From a virus (taxonomy: Duplodnaviria > Heunggongvirae > Uroviricota > Caudoviricetes), in IMG/VR virus record IMGVR_UViG_2563366822_000014: a DNA stretch of 21,709 nt; one strand, written 5' to 3'. Shown one piece after another: positions 1 through 7,484 of this stretch. The notes below the pieces were generated by a model. The model saw only the letters and a program-made list of their open reading frames with translations. It did no database searches and had not been told where the DNA came from. The position numbers were made by a program, and so were the translations under genes. Numbering within the stretch: the stretch's first letter is position 1; each line of letters starts with the position of its first letter.

Positions 1-300
1 ATGACAAAAACAGTATCAACCAGTAAAAAACCCCGTAAACAGCATTCGCCTGAATTTCGCAGTGAAGCCCTGAAGCTTGCTGAACGCATCGGTGTTACTG
101 CCGCAGCCCGTGAACTCAGCCTGTATGAATCACAGCTCTACAACTGGCGCAGTAAACAGCAAAATCAGCAGACGTCTTCTGAACGTGAACTGGAGATGTC
201 TACCGAGATTGCACGTCTCAAACGCCAGCTGGCAGAACGGGATGAAGAGCTGGCTATCCTCCAAAAGGCCGCGACATACTTCGCGAAGCGCCTGAAATGA
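1..300 (+). CDS. insE: IS3 transposase OrfA (helix-turn-helix DNA-binding subunit)
   Basis: 99-aa [56 protein letters not shown]... recognised as IS3 OrfA; leucine-zipper-like C-terminus. Confidence 0.9.
   Translation: MTKTVSTSKKPRKQHSPEFRSEALKLAERIGVTAAARELSLYESQLYNWRSKQQNQQTSSERELEMSTEIARLKRQLAERDEELAILQKAATYFAKRLK
264..267 (+). other. candidate -1 programmed ribosomal frameshift site (A AAG in CCA AAA GGC) joining orfA to orfB
   Basis: A_AAG at 264-267 lies in the orfA/orfB overlap; in the orfA frame it reads CAA AAG, in the orfB frame AAA GGC. The motif is as I recall it for IS3; the downstream structure was not evaluated. Confidence 0.5.
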
Positions 301-1163
301 AGTATGTCTTTATTGAAAAACATCAGGCTGAGTTCAGCATCAAAGCAATGTGCCGCGTGCTCCGGGTGGCCCGCAGCGGCTGGTATACGTGGTGTCAGCG
401 GCGGACAAGGATAAGCACGCGTCAGCAGTTCCGCCAACACTGCGACAGCGTTGTCCTCGCGGCTTTTACCCGGTCAAAACAGCGTTACGGTGCCCCACGC
501 CTGACGGATGAACTGCGTGCTCAGGGTTACCCCTTTAACGTAAAAACCGTGGCGGCAAGCCTGCGCCGTCAGGGACTGAGGGCAAAGGCCTCCCGGAAGT
601 TCAGCCCGGTCAGCTACCGCGCACACGGCCTGCCAGTGTCAGAAAATCTGTTGGAGCAGGATTTTTACGCCAGTGGCCCGAACCAGAAGTGGGCAGGAGA
701 CATCACGTACTTACGTACAGATGAAGGCTGGCTGTATCTGGCAGTGGTCATTGACCTGTGGTCACGTGCCGTTATTGGCTGGTCAATGTCACCACGCATG
801 ACGGCGCAACTGGCCTGCGATGCCCTGCAGATGGCGCTGTGGCGGCGTAAGAGGCCCCGGAACGTTATCGTTCACACGGACCGTGGAGGCCAGTACTGTT
901 CAGCAGATTATCAGGCGCAACTGAAGCGGCATAATCTGCGTGGAAGTATGAGCGCAAAAGGTTGCTGCTACGATAATGCCTGCGTGGAAAGCTTCTTTCA
1001 TTCGCTGAAAGTGGAATGTATCCATGGAGAACACTTTATCAGCCGGGAAATAATGCGGGCAACGGTGTTTAATTATATCGAATGTGATTACAATCGGTGG
1101 CGGCGGCACAGTTGGTGTGGCGGCCTCAGTCCGGAACAATTTGAAAACCAGAACCTCGCTTAG
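297..1163 (+). CDS. insF: IS3 transposase OrfB (DDE catalytic domain), normally expressed as OrfAB fusion by -1 frameshift
   Basis: 288-aa ORF in -1 frame relative to orfA; contains DDE-type integrase motifs (..[26 protein letters not shown].., ..HTDRGGQY.., ..[10 protein letters not shown]..). Confidence 0.9.
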   Translation: MKYVFIEKHQAEFSIKAMCRVLRVARSGWYTWCQRRTRISTRQQFRQHCDSVVLAAFTRSKQRYGAPRLTDELRAQGYPFNVKTVAASLRRQGLRAKASRKFSPVSYRAHGLPVSENLLEQDFYASGPNQKWAGDITYLRTDEGWLYLAVVIDLWSRAVIGWSMSPRMTAQLACDALQMALWRRKRPRNVIVHTDRGGQYCSADYQAQLKRHNLRGSMSAKGCCYDNACVESFFHSLKVECIHGEHFISREIMRATVFNYIECDYNRWRRHSWCGGLSPEQFENQNLA

Positions 1164-1193
1164 GCCTGTGTCCATATTACGTGGGTAGGATCA

Positions 1194-1354
1194 TCTTAGT
1201 TATTGATGGTAAGGTCTGGCGAACGGTGTATTACCGGTTCGCTACCAAGGAAGAACGGGAAGGAAAGGTGAGCACGAATCTGATTTTCAAGGAGTGTCGC
1301 CAGAGTGCCGCGATGAAGCGGGTGTTGGCATTTTATCGCGGCAATTTTCAATAG
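1194..1354 (+). pseudogene. ren: 3' remnant of a lambda ren-like gene truncated by the IS3 insertion
   Basis: Frame beginning at the IS3 junction translates to LVIDGKVWRTVYYRFATKEEREGKVSTNLIFKECRQSAAMKRVLAFYRGNFQ*, which matches my recollection of the C-terminus of lambda Ren (..GKVWRTVYYRFATREEREGK..SAAMKRVLA..). No start codon; the 5' part is displaced by IS3. Confidence 0.6.
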
Positions 1355-1391
1355 ACTATGTACATAAAAATATCATTTTTTTAATACATGT

Positions 1392-1583
1392 CTAATTATT
1401 GGACGAAATTGGTTTTTGCTTTGGTTTAGTTAGCCTAGCAATCAAGCCAGAGGCAATAATGATGATCCAAGCAATTTGATGCAATGCTACTCCAATATAA
1501 GAACCTTTATAGATAATAAAGGCATAGATCGCTAGAAACGAAATAAATATCCATAACGAAAGTTGATAAATTTTGGCGCGCAT
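1392..1583 (-). CDS. hypothetical small membrane protein (two predicted TM helices)
   Basis: ORF on minus strand; ATG at 1583 gives 63 aa MRAKIYQLSLWIFISFLAIYAFIIYKGSYIGVALHQIAWIIIIASGLIARLTKPKQKPISSNN with two hydrophobic stretches and a basic tail. AT-rich, weak RBS; the ORF track start (1598) is a TTG. Confidence 0.35.
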   Translation of the reverse strand: MRAKIYQLSLWIFISFLAIYAFIIYKGSYIGVALHQIAWIIIIASGLIARLTKPKQKPISSNN

Positions 1584-1839
1584 ATTTAATCCAATCAATC
1601 AGAAAGACGAGTAATCATAGAGGTACTATCACCCGGGTAACTATTGCTATTATGAACGGATAGGATAGAGGCTTCAATAACATATGCATCAAGTATGATG
1701 GAATATGTAGGTGAAAATGACTTGTGTCAAATTTGTGGAAATGAGTACCATGTTTCTCTGAAATTGATGTCGTTAATGGCTAGTGATAGTGAACTTTTTT
1801 ACTTTATAATTCCTTTGGTTATAACAATAAGGTAAATTT

Positions 1840-2400
1840 ATGAAGAAGATAATATTATTAGCCATGATTATTGGTTCTTTAACAGGTTGCGCTAGTGTGC
1901 CACCATTGAATTTTTCAACACCTAACGTGGGAGTTAGCCAGAAAAAAATAGATGCTGAAATTAAGTCATTAACGGTATCACTTGCTCGTCCAGATGAGCA
2001 GAAAGGGGATATCACTGCTGGTATGGAGGCTATAACTCCAATTTGGCGTGAATCTTTGCAGGAAGCACTCGACCGAATGACTATTTTTCGTGATAGTTCA
2101 CCAAATACGGTTAGCTTAAATGTTAAAGTGTTGGCTCTTGACGTTCCTGCTTTTGGTGTTTCAATGACAACTAAAGCAATTGCAAGGTATGAAATAATCA
2201 ACCGTGCGAATGGTGATATTATATATACGCAGGATATTGAGTCTACCGGTACTGTTCCAGCCAGTTACGCATTCTACGGTATTGTTCGAGCACGCGAATC
2301 TGTTAATCGCGCGGTGCAAAACAACATAACGCAGTTCTTGCAAGCATTAGAAAGTGTTGATCTTTCTCGTCCAATGTTTCCTGTTAGGGTAGCTAAATGA
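1840..2400 (+). CDS. putative lipoprotein (186 aa), unknown function
   Basis: N-terminal signal peptide with lipobox MKKIILLAMIIGSLTGC|AS; good spacing after an AT-rich leader; stop overlaps the next gene start (ATGA at 2397-2400). AT-rich codon usage differs from neighbouring phage genes. Confidence 0.8.
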   Translation: MKKIILLAMIIGSLTGCASVPPLNFSTPNVGVSQKKIDAEIKSLTVSLARPDEQKGDITAGMEAITPIWRESLQEALDRMTIFRDSSPNTVSLNVKVLALDVPAFGVSMTTKAIARYEIINRANGDIIYTQDIESTGTVPASYAFYGIVRARESVNRAVQNNITQFLQALESVDLSRPMFPVRVAK

Positions 2401-2849
2401 AGCGATTATTCGTAATTGCTCCACTCTTAGTGTTGGTTGGATGCGCACAAAATATATCGCCAAATAGTTATTCTGTTGGCTCTGTGGGCATGGTTAATCG
2501 AACTATCGCTGGTACAGTTATTAGTGCTAGGGGGGTTGATATCAGTGGGACTTCCGCGTTAGGCGGGACTGCTGGGGCTGCCGTGGGGGCAACCGCTGGT
2601 TCTGCGCTTGGTGGGGGAGTTCGTTCTAATATCGTTGGTGCCGTTGGTGGTGCAGTCATTGGTGGTATTGCCGGGGCAGCAATCGAATCTTCAGCAACAA
2701 AACAAACAGGCATGGAATATGTTGTCGAAACTGAGAATGGGAATTTAATGACCATTGTTCAAGGCAAAGATCCGTTATTTACTCAAGGAAGTAAGGTCCT
2801 TGTTTTATACGGAAACCCTTCTCGCATAATAACAGACCCGCGTCACTAA
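2397..2849 (+). CDS. SlyB/Pcp-like outer-membrane lipoprotein with glycine-zipper segment (150 aa)
   Basis: Lipobox LLVLVGC|AQN, followed by Gly/Ala-rich zipper (GGTAGAAVGATAGSALGGGVRSNIVGAVGGAVIGGIAGAAI) and a C-terminal beta-rich tail, the same architecture as E. coli SlyB as I recall it. Confidence 0.8.
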   Translation: MKRLFVIAPLLVLVGCAQNISPNSYSVGSVGMVNRTIAGTVISARGVDISGTSALGGTAGAAVGATAGSALGGGVRSNIVGAVGGAVIGGIAGAAIESSATKQTGMEYVVETENGNLMTIVQGKDPLFTQGSKVLVLYGNPSRIITDPRH

Positions 2850-2941
2850 CATACCTTTTGATTTTGTAAAATCAATTCGTAATAATAAAGTCATCGGAGC
2901 TTGAACAACTCCGGTGACTTCTGCGCTAAACGGGGACGTTT

Positions 2942-3043
2942 ATGCGCACATACAATCCAAACTCTCTTCTCCCTTCACAGATGCAGAAATGCACCTGCGA
3001 TTTTTTGCATCCAGCGTCTGACCTCTGCGGAGGTGAAGCGTGA
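2942..3043 (+). CDS. ylcH: small protein YlcH-like (33 aa)
   Basis: ATG at 2942 encodes [33 protein letters not shown], and the stop overlaps the ybcN GTG start; matches my recollection of the DLP12 ylcH position and size. Small ORF, so moderate confidence. Confidence 0.45.
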   Translation: MRTYNPNSLLPSQMQKCTCDFLHPASDLCGGEA

Positions 3044-3495
3044 ACCTACCACAAGATGGCATCAAACTGCATCGCGGTAACTTCACCGCTATCGGCCAGC
3101 AGATCCAGCCTTATCTGGAGGACGGAAAATGCTTTCGCATGGTGCTTAAACCGTGGCGTGAGAAACGCAGTCTTTCCCAGAATGCACTCAGCCACATGTG
3201 GTACAGCGAAATCAGTGAATACCTCATCAGCAGGGGGAAATCGTTCGCTACCGCAGCATGGGTAAAAGATGCTCTCAAACACACATACCTCGGTTATGAA
3301 ACCAAGGACCTGGTTGATGTCGTAACCGGCGAAATCACTACTATCCAGTCGTTACGCCATACTTCCGATCTTGATACCGGAGAGATGTATGTCTTCCTGT
3401 GTAAGGTTGAAGCCTGGGCGATGAATATTGGCTGCCACCTGACTATTCCGCAGAGCTGCGAGTTCCAGCTGCTGCGCGACAAGCAGGAGGCGTAA
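3040..3495 (+). CDS. ybcN: NinB/Orf-family recombination mediator homolog (DLP12 YbcN-like)
   Basis: 151-aa ORF (GTG start) [61 protein letters not shown]... recognised as YbcN; position immediately upstream of ninE. Confidence 0.9.
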   Translation: MNLPQDGIKLHRGNFTAIGQQIQPYLEDGKCFRMVLKPWREKRSLSQNALSHMWYSEISEYLISRGKSFATAAWVKDALKHTYLGYETKDLVDVVTGEITTIQSLRHTSDLDTGEMYVFLCKVEAWAMNIGCHLTIPQSCEFQLLRDKQEA

Positions 3496-3665
3496 TGGCT
3501 ACACCGCTTATTCGTGTCATGAACGGACACATCTACAGAGTACCAAATCGTCGTAAGCGTAAGCCTGAGCTGAAGCCATCCGAAATACCAACACTGCTCG
3601 GATATACCGCTAGCCTGGTTGATAAAAAATGGTTGCGACTGGCAGCAAGGAGGAATCATGGCTGA
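3495..3665 (+). CDS. ninE: NinE-like protein (56 aa)
   Basis: ATG at 3495 overlaps the ybcN stop; translation [56 protein letters not shown]; basic small protein in the canonical nin-region position. Confidence 0.75.
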   Translation: MATPLIRVMNGHIYRVPNRRKRKPELKPSEIPTLLGYTASLVDKKWLRLAARRNHG

Positions 3666-3948
3666 TTTGAGAAAAGCAGCGCGTGGTCGGGAATGCCAGG
3701 TAAGAATCACTGGCGTATGTAATGGCAACCCTGAAACGTCTGTACTGGCACATATCCGGCTGGCTGGATTGTGCGGTACCGGTATCAAACCGCCAGACCT
3801 GATTGCCACCATTGCATGTTCTGCCTGCCACGACGAAATCGACCGCCGCACACATTTTGTCGATGCTGCATATGCAAAAGAATGCGCGCTGGAAGGTATG
3901 GCGAGAACACAGGTTATCTGGCTGAAAGAGGGGGTTATTAAGGCGTGA
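3658..3948 (+). CDS. ybcO: YbcO-like (DUF1364) putative nuclease of the nin region
   Basis: ATG at 3658 gives 96 aa [64 protein letters not shown]...; Cys-rich metal-binding pattern; overlaps the ninE stop. The ORF-track start at 3619 is rejected as an upstream extension. Confidence 0.85.
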   Translation: MADLRKAARGRECQVRITGVCNGNPETSVLAHIRLAGLCGTGIKPPDLIATIACSACHDEIDRRTHFVDAAYAKECALEGMARTQVIWLKEGVIKA

Positions 3949-4307
3949 ATACCTACAGTATCACATTACCCTGGCCTCCGAGCAATAATCGCTATTACCG
4001 CCATAATCGCGGGCGCACGCACGTCAGTGCAGAGGGGCAGGCATACCGCGATAACGTCGCCCGAATCATTAAAAGCGCAATGCTGGATATCGGCCTGGCT
4101 ATGCCTGTGAAAATCCGCATTGAGTGCCACATGCCGGATCGCCGTCGCCGTGACCTGGATAATCTGCAAAAAGCCGCTTTTGACGCACTCACTAAAGCAG
4201 GTTTCTGGCTGGATGATGCTCAGGTCGTTGATTACCGCGTTGTGAAGATGCCTGTTACCAAAGGTGGGAGGCTGGAACTGACCATCACCGAAATGGGGAA
4301 TGAATGA
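3945..4307 (+). CDS. rusA: RusA Holliday-junction resolvase
   Basis: 120-aa [46 protein letters not shown]... recognised as RusA; start overlaps the ybcO stop (ATGA). Confidence 0.95.
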   Translation: MNTYSITLPWPPSNNRYYRHNRGRTHVSAEGQAYRDNVARIIKSAMLDIGLAMPVKIRIECHMPDRRRRDLDNLQKAAFDALTKAGFWLDDAQVVDYRVVKMPVTKGGRLELTITEMGNE

Positions 4308-4444
4308 TATTTGAGTTTAATATAGCAGAACTTCTTCGCCACCGCTGGGGGCGTCTGCGCTTATATCGTTTCCCCGGTTCTGTTTTGACCGATTACCGAA
4401 TACTGAAGAATTACGCCAAAACCCTGACAGGAGCAGGAGTATGA
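4304..4444 (+). CDS. ylcG: YlcG-like small protein (46 aa)
   Basis: ATG at 4304 overlaps the rusA stop; [46 protein letters not shown]; matches recalled DLP12 gene order rusA-ylcG-quuD. Confidence 0.55.
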   Translation: MIFEFNIAELLRHRWGRLRLYRFPGSVLTDYRILKNYAKTLTGAGV

Positions 4445-4529
4445 AGTCAGAGATAACAATCAACTAATACTGTTTTATTGATTTTTGCTTGTAATTGGCG
4501 TTCTGGTCTGATTTTTGTGGAGTAAGTTG

Positions 4530-4913
4530 ATGCGTGATATTCAGATGGTTCTTGAGCGTTGGGGAGCGTGGGCGGCTAATAATCATGAAGATGTGACCTG
4601 GTCGTCCATTGCCGCCGGTTTTAAGGGATTAATTCCTTCAAAAGTAAAATCTCGCCCGCAATGTTGTGACGATGACGCGATGATCATTTGCGGGTGCATG
4701 GCCCGTCTGAAAAAGAACAACAGCGATTTGCACGATTTATTAGTAGATTATTATGTAGTCGGTATGACATTCATGTCACTGGCAGGTAAGCATTGCTGCT
4801 CTGATGGTTATATCGGGAAAAGGTTACAAAAGGCTGAGGGCATAATTGAAGGGATGTTAATGGCATTAGATATCCGGTTAGAGATGGATATCGTTGTTAA
4901 TAACTCTAATTAA
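4530..4913 (+). CDS. quuD: late-gene antiterminator Q (DLP12 QuuD-type, 127 aa)
   Basis: ATG at 4530 gives [62 protein letters not shown]...; Cys-rich zinc-binding pattern; sits between the nin region and the lysis genes. The ORF-track TTG start at 4515 is rejected. Confidence 0.85.
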   Translation: MRDIQMVLERWGAWAANNHEDVTWSSIAAGFKGLIPSKVKSRPQCCDDDAMIICGCMARLKKNNSDLHDLLVDYYVVGMTFMSLAGKHCCSDGYIGKRLQKAEGIIEGMLMALDIRLEMDIVVNNSN

Positions 4914-4940
4914 TACGCCAATTATTTACTAAAAGTTATT

Positions 4941-4964
4941 AAAAATGGGGCGTTGAAACGCCCC
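4941..4964 (-). terminator. intrinsic terminator-like hairpin for minus-strand transcripts (downstream of nmpC)
   Basis: Perfect 6-bp GC stem GGGGCG/CGCCCC with 6-nt loop at 4947-4964; on the minus strand it is followed by ATTTTT (4941-4946). On the plus strand it is followed by A-rich sequence, so it is not a plus-strand terminator. Confidence 0.5.
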
Positions 4965-5052
4965 CAAAAATAAAGGGTAATATATAACAGAAGGTTTGTA
5001 TAGTTAGAAGCAAGGTTGTGCTTCTAAAGGAAGTGGCTTGAGGGAGCCACTT

Positions 5053-5086
5053 ATATGTTGGGGAGGCAAAGCCTCCCACAACATAT
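5053..5086. terminator. long stem-loop immediately 3' of the nmpC stop (3' stabiliser or terminator candidate)
   Basis: About 15 bp stem (5053-5067 with 5071-5086), one bulged A, 3-nt loop; followed on the + strand by CTTTT. The strand of action is not resolvable from sequence alone. Confidence 0.4.
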
Positions 5087-5101
5087 CTTTTAGTAATCAA
5101 A

Positions 5102-6184
5102 TTAGAACTGGTAAACCATACCTACAGCAACGATATCATCGGTAGCAACGCCAGATGCTTTCGTGAAATCGCTCTTATCAATCAGGTTGATTTTGTAGTC
5201 AACAAAAGTGGACATATTTTTGTTGAAGTAATAGGTTGCACCTACATCAACATATTCAACCAGGTCCTGATCACCCCAAACACCCAAGTCTTTTCCTTTA
5301 GAATGCAGGTAAGCAACGGATGGACGCAGGCCGAAGTCGAACTGATATTGTGCAACAGCTTCGAAGTTTTGTGCTTTGTTGGCAATATGGTTATTACCAA
5401 AAACAGTCATGTTCTGGGTTTCAGAATAGGTGGTGGCCAGATAGATGTTGTTCGCATCATATTTCAGACCAGCTGCCCATACTTCAGCATTTTGACCAGA
5501 AGCATTCAGACCGTTGTTACCGTAGATAACCTGATTATTAGTGCGATCAGATTTAGCATAGGTTGCACCTACACCGAATCCTTCATACTCATAAGTAGTG
5601 GAGAAACCGAAACCATCACCATTAGCTTCAGTTACGTCAGTGCGGTCATTTTTACCCTGATACTGAGCAGCAAAGTTCAGACCATCAACCAGACCAAAGA
5701 AGTCGTTGTTACGATAAGTTGCAACACCAGTGGTGCGACCAGTCATGAACACATCTGTTTGAGTCCAAGTGTCACCACCGAATTCTGGCAGGACGTCAGT
5801 CCACGCACCGATGTCGTATGCTACACCGTAGTTACGGCCGTAATCGATGGAGCCGTAGTCACCGAATTTCAGGCCAGCGAAGGCAAGACGGGTTTTATCT
5901 TTGGAGGAACCTTGAGATTCAGCGCGGTTGCCTTTGAATTCATATTCCCACTGACCGAAACCAGTCAGTTGATCGTTGATTTGGGTTTCACCTTTGAAGC
6001 CAAGACGGGCATAAGTAGTATCACCATCATCTGCATCATTAGAGGAGAAGTAGTGCTTAGCATTAACTTTCCCGTACAGATCCAGCTTGTTACTGTCTTT
6101 ATTATAAATTTCAGCTGCCTGAGCAGACATCGCCATCAGTACTGATGCAGCTACAGCAGAAATTGCCACTGTTAATTTTTTCAT
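5102..6184 (-). CDS. nmpC: outer-membrane general porin, NmpC/OmpD type (intact, 360 aa incl. signal peptide)
   Basis: [26 protein letters not shown]|[24 protein letters not shown]... ending ...VAVGMVYQF with the classic porin C-terminal Phe; signal peptidase site AQA|AE; recognised as NmpC-like. Confidence 0.95.
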   Translation of the reverse strand: MKKLTVAISAVAASVLMAMSAQAAEIYNKDSNKLDLYGKVNAKHYFSSNDADDGDTTYARLGFKGETQINDQLTGFGQWEYEFKGNRAESQGSSKDKTRLAFAGLKFGDYGSIDYGRNYGVAYDIGAWTDVLPEFGGDTWTQTDVFMTGRTTGVATYRNNDFFGLVDGLNFAAQYQGKNDRTDVTEANGDGFGFSTTYEYEGFGVGATYAKSDRTNNQVIYGNNGLNASGQNAEVWAAGLKYDANNIYLATTYSETQNMTVFGNNHIANKAQNFEAVAQYQFDFGLRPSVAYLHSKGKDLGVWGDQDLVEYVDVGATYYFNKNMSTFVDYKINLIDKSDFTKASGVATDDIVAVGMVYQF

Positions 6185-6771
6185 CGTGAGCCCTTTTTTT
6201 TGAACTATTATTAAAAAATGATGTCACTGCGCGATAAATATTCATCTAATCAATGTGATTATTTCAAGATGTAAGTTTTAGTTTCTCATTTAATTTGTGA
6301 AGTAGATCTCTATTTTTATCTGAACTTTTTCTATCGAAACCTATTTATGGCTCTTATTTGAACAAAAATAAACCTATTAGCTAATTTATATTAATGGCTG
6401 TTATTTATGGGGGGCTATAATTCGATGGTTTAATTTAAATTAACTAAAAATAACGCCGGAAATTATTTATTGGTTATTTGTTGAGGTTTTCTTATGTATT
6501 TGTGGTGGTGTTTTGAACACTCGGTAGCATTCTCATAAATATCATTCAGTGGTTTACGTACGTAAAAAATTGGTTATGCTGTTAAGAGTGGTTACTTCGT
6601 CACACAGCTTAAACCCGCCGTCGAGCTGGTTTTTCCATTTTTTGAGTCTCGATATTAGCTGATAACTCAATACCTGAGTTATTCACTGACTCCGAGTCTG
6701 TTACGTTTCTGCTTTTTTGCGATACGTTGTATTCCCTCAATTTACACCCGCTTTGTCTGCGAGGTGGGGTT
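6185..6771. promoter_or_regulatory. 587-bp AT-rich non-coding region: nmpC promoter/5'UTR (minus strand) and leader of the lysis operon (plus strand)
   Basis: No ORF over about 17 codons; strongly AT-rich with A/T tracts and short palindromes (6431-6444 ttaatttaaattaa; 6559-6568 tacgtacgta; 8-bp inverted repeat ataactca/tgagttat around 6664-6684). Promoter elements are not confidently placed. Confidence 0.5.
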
Positions 6772-6987
6772 ATGAAATCCATGGATAAGTTAACAACGGG
6801 TGTCGCCTATGGCACCTCAGCAGGTAGTGCCGGTTACTGGTTTTTACAGCTGCTCGATAAAGTCACGCCCTCACAGTGGGCAGCAATAGGTGTGCTGGGT
6901 AGCCTGGTATTTGGCCTGCTGACGTACCTGACAAACCTTTATTTCAAGATTAAAGAAGATAAGCGCAAGGCTGCGAGAGGTGAATAA
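6772..6987 (+). CDS. essD: class II holin / pinholin (S21-like) with dual-start motif
   Basis: ATG at 6772 gives 71 aa [71 protein letters not shown]; Met1-Lys2-Ser3-Met4 dual start, two TM segments, charged C-terminus. The ORF-track TTG start at 6727 is rejected. Confidence 0.9.
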
Positions 6988-7484
6988 TGCCTCCATCATT
7001 ACGAAAAGCCGTTGCTGCTGCTATTGGTGGCGGAGCAATTGCTATAGCATCAGTGTTAATCACTGGCCCAAGTGGTAACGATGGTCTGGAAGGTGTCAGC
7101 TACATACCATACAAAGATATTGTTGGTGTATGGACCGTATGTCACGGGCATACAGGAAAAGACATCATGCTCGGTAAAACGTATACCAAAGCAGAATGCA
7201 AAGCACTCTTGAATAAAGACCTTGCCACTGTCGCCAGACAAATTAACCCATACATCGAAGTCGATATACCGGAAACAACGCGCGGCGCTCTTTACTCATT
7301 CGTTTACAACGTGGGTGCTGGCAATTTCAGAACATCGACGCTTCTTCGCAAAATAAACCAGGGCGATATCAAAGGCGCATGTGATCAGTTACGTCGCTGG
7401 ACATATGCTGGCGGTAAGCAATGGAAAGGTCTCATGACTCGTCGTGAGATTGAGCGTGAAATCTGTTTGTGGGGTCAGCAATGA
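6987..7484 (+). CDS. rrrD: SAR endolysin (T4-lysozyme-type muramidase, R21-like)
   Basis: 165-aa ORF; N-terminal Gly/Ala-rich weakly hydrophobic signal-anchor-release segment ([20 protein letters not shown]), then E35 ... D44 ... T50 spacing typical of the lysozyme catalytic triad; start overlaps the holin stop. Confidence 0.95.
   Translation: MPPSLRKAVAAAIGGGAIAIASVLITGPSGNDGLEGVSYIPYKDIVGVWTVCHGHTGKDIMLGKTYTKAECKALLNKDLATVARQINPYIEVDIPETTRGALYSFVYNVGAGNFRTSTLLRKINQGDIKGACDQLRRWTYAGGKQWKGLMTRREIEREICLWGQQ

Larger units (their letters stand above)
1..1193 (+). mobile_element. IS3-family insertion sequence (IS3-like), left terminus outside window
   Basis: orfA (1-300) followed by orfB (297-1163) in the -1 frame, the classic IS3 arrangement; + strand terminal sequence ...gtgtccatattacgtgggtaggatca ending at 1193 matches my recollection of the IS3 right inverted repeat. 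Left IR and target duplication cannot be seen because the window starts inside the element. Confidence 0.85.

Noticed and set aside
900-1175. 91-aa minus-strand ORF inside IS3 orfB
   Set aside because: Antisense to the transposase gene; not a known IS3 product.
2540-2700. Repetitive GGT/GCN-rich DNA that might suggest a tandem or CRISPR-like repeat
   Set aside because: It is the coding sequence of the glycine-zipper segment of the SlyB-like lipoprotein; there are no direct repeats with unique spacers, and no CRISPR array is present in the window.
2850-2941. Possible hairpin or terminator between the second lipoprotein and ylcH
   Set aside because: The apparent inverted repeat (ggagcttgaacaactcc) does not base-pair when checked, and no T-run follows.
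3619-3657. Extended start for ybcO (109-aa ORF)
   Set aside because: The ATG at 3658 gives the recognised N-terminus [14 protein letters not shown] and overlaps only the ninE stop.
3294-3851. 185-aa minus-strand ORF across ybcN/ninE/ybcO
   Set aside because: Overlaps three collinear + strand genes with recognisable products; no support for the antisense frame.
5303-6145. 280-aa ORF on the + strand spanning most of nmpC
   Set aside because: Lies entirely antisense to a well-supported porin gene; composition-driven shadow ORF with no start context or recognisable domain.
6727-6771. TTG-initiated 15-codon N-terminal extension of the holin
   Set aside because: The conserved holin N-terminus [10 protein letters not shown] with dual-start motif begins at the ATG at 6772; the extension is not conserved in my memory of S21/essD.
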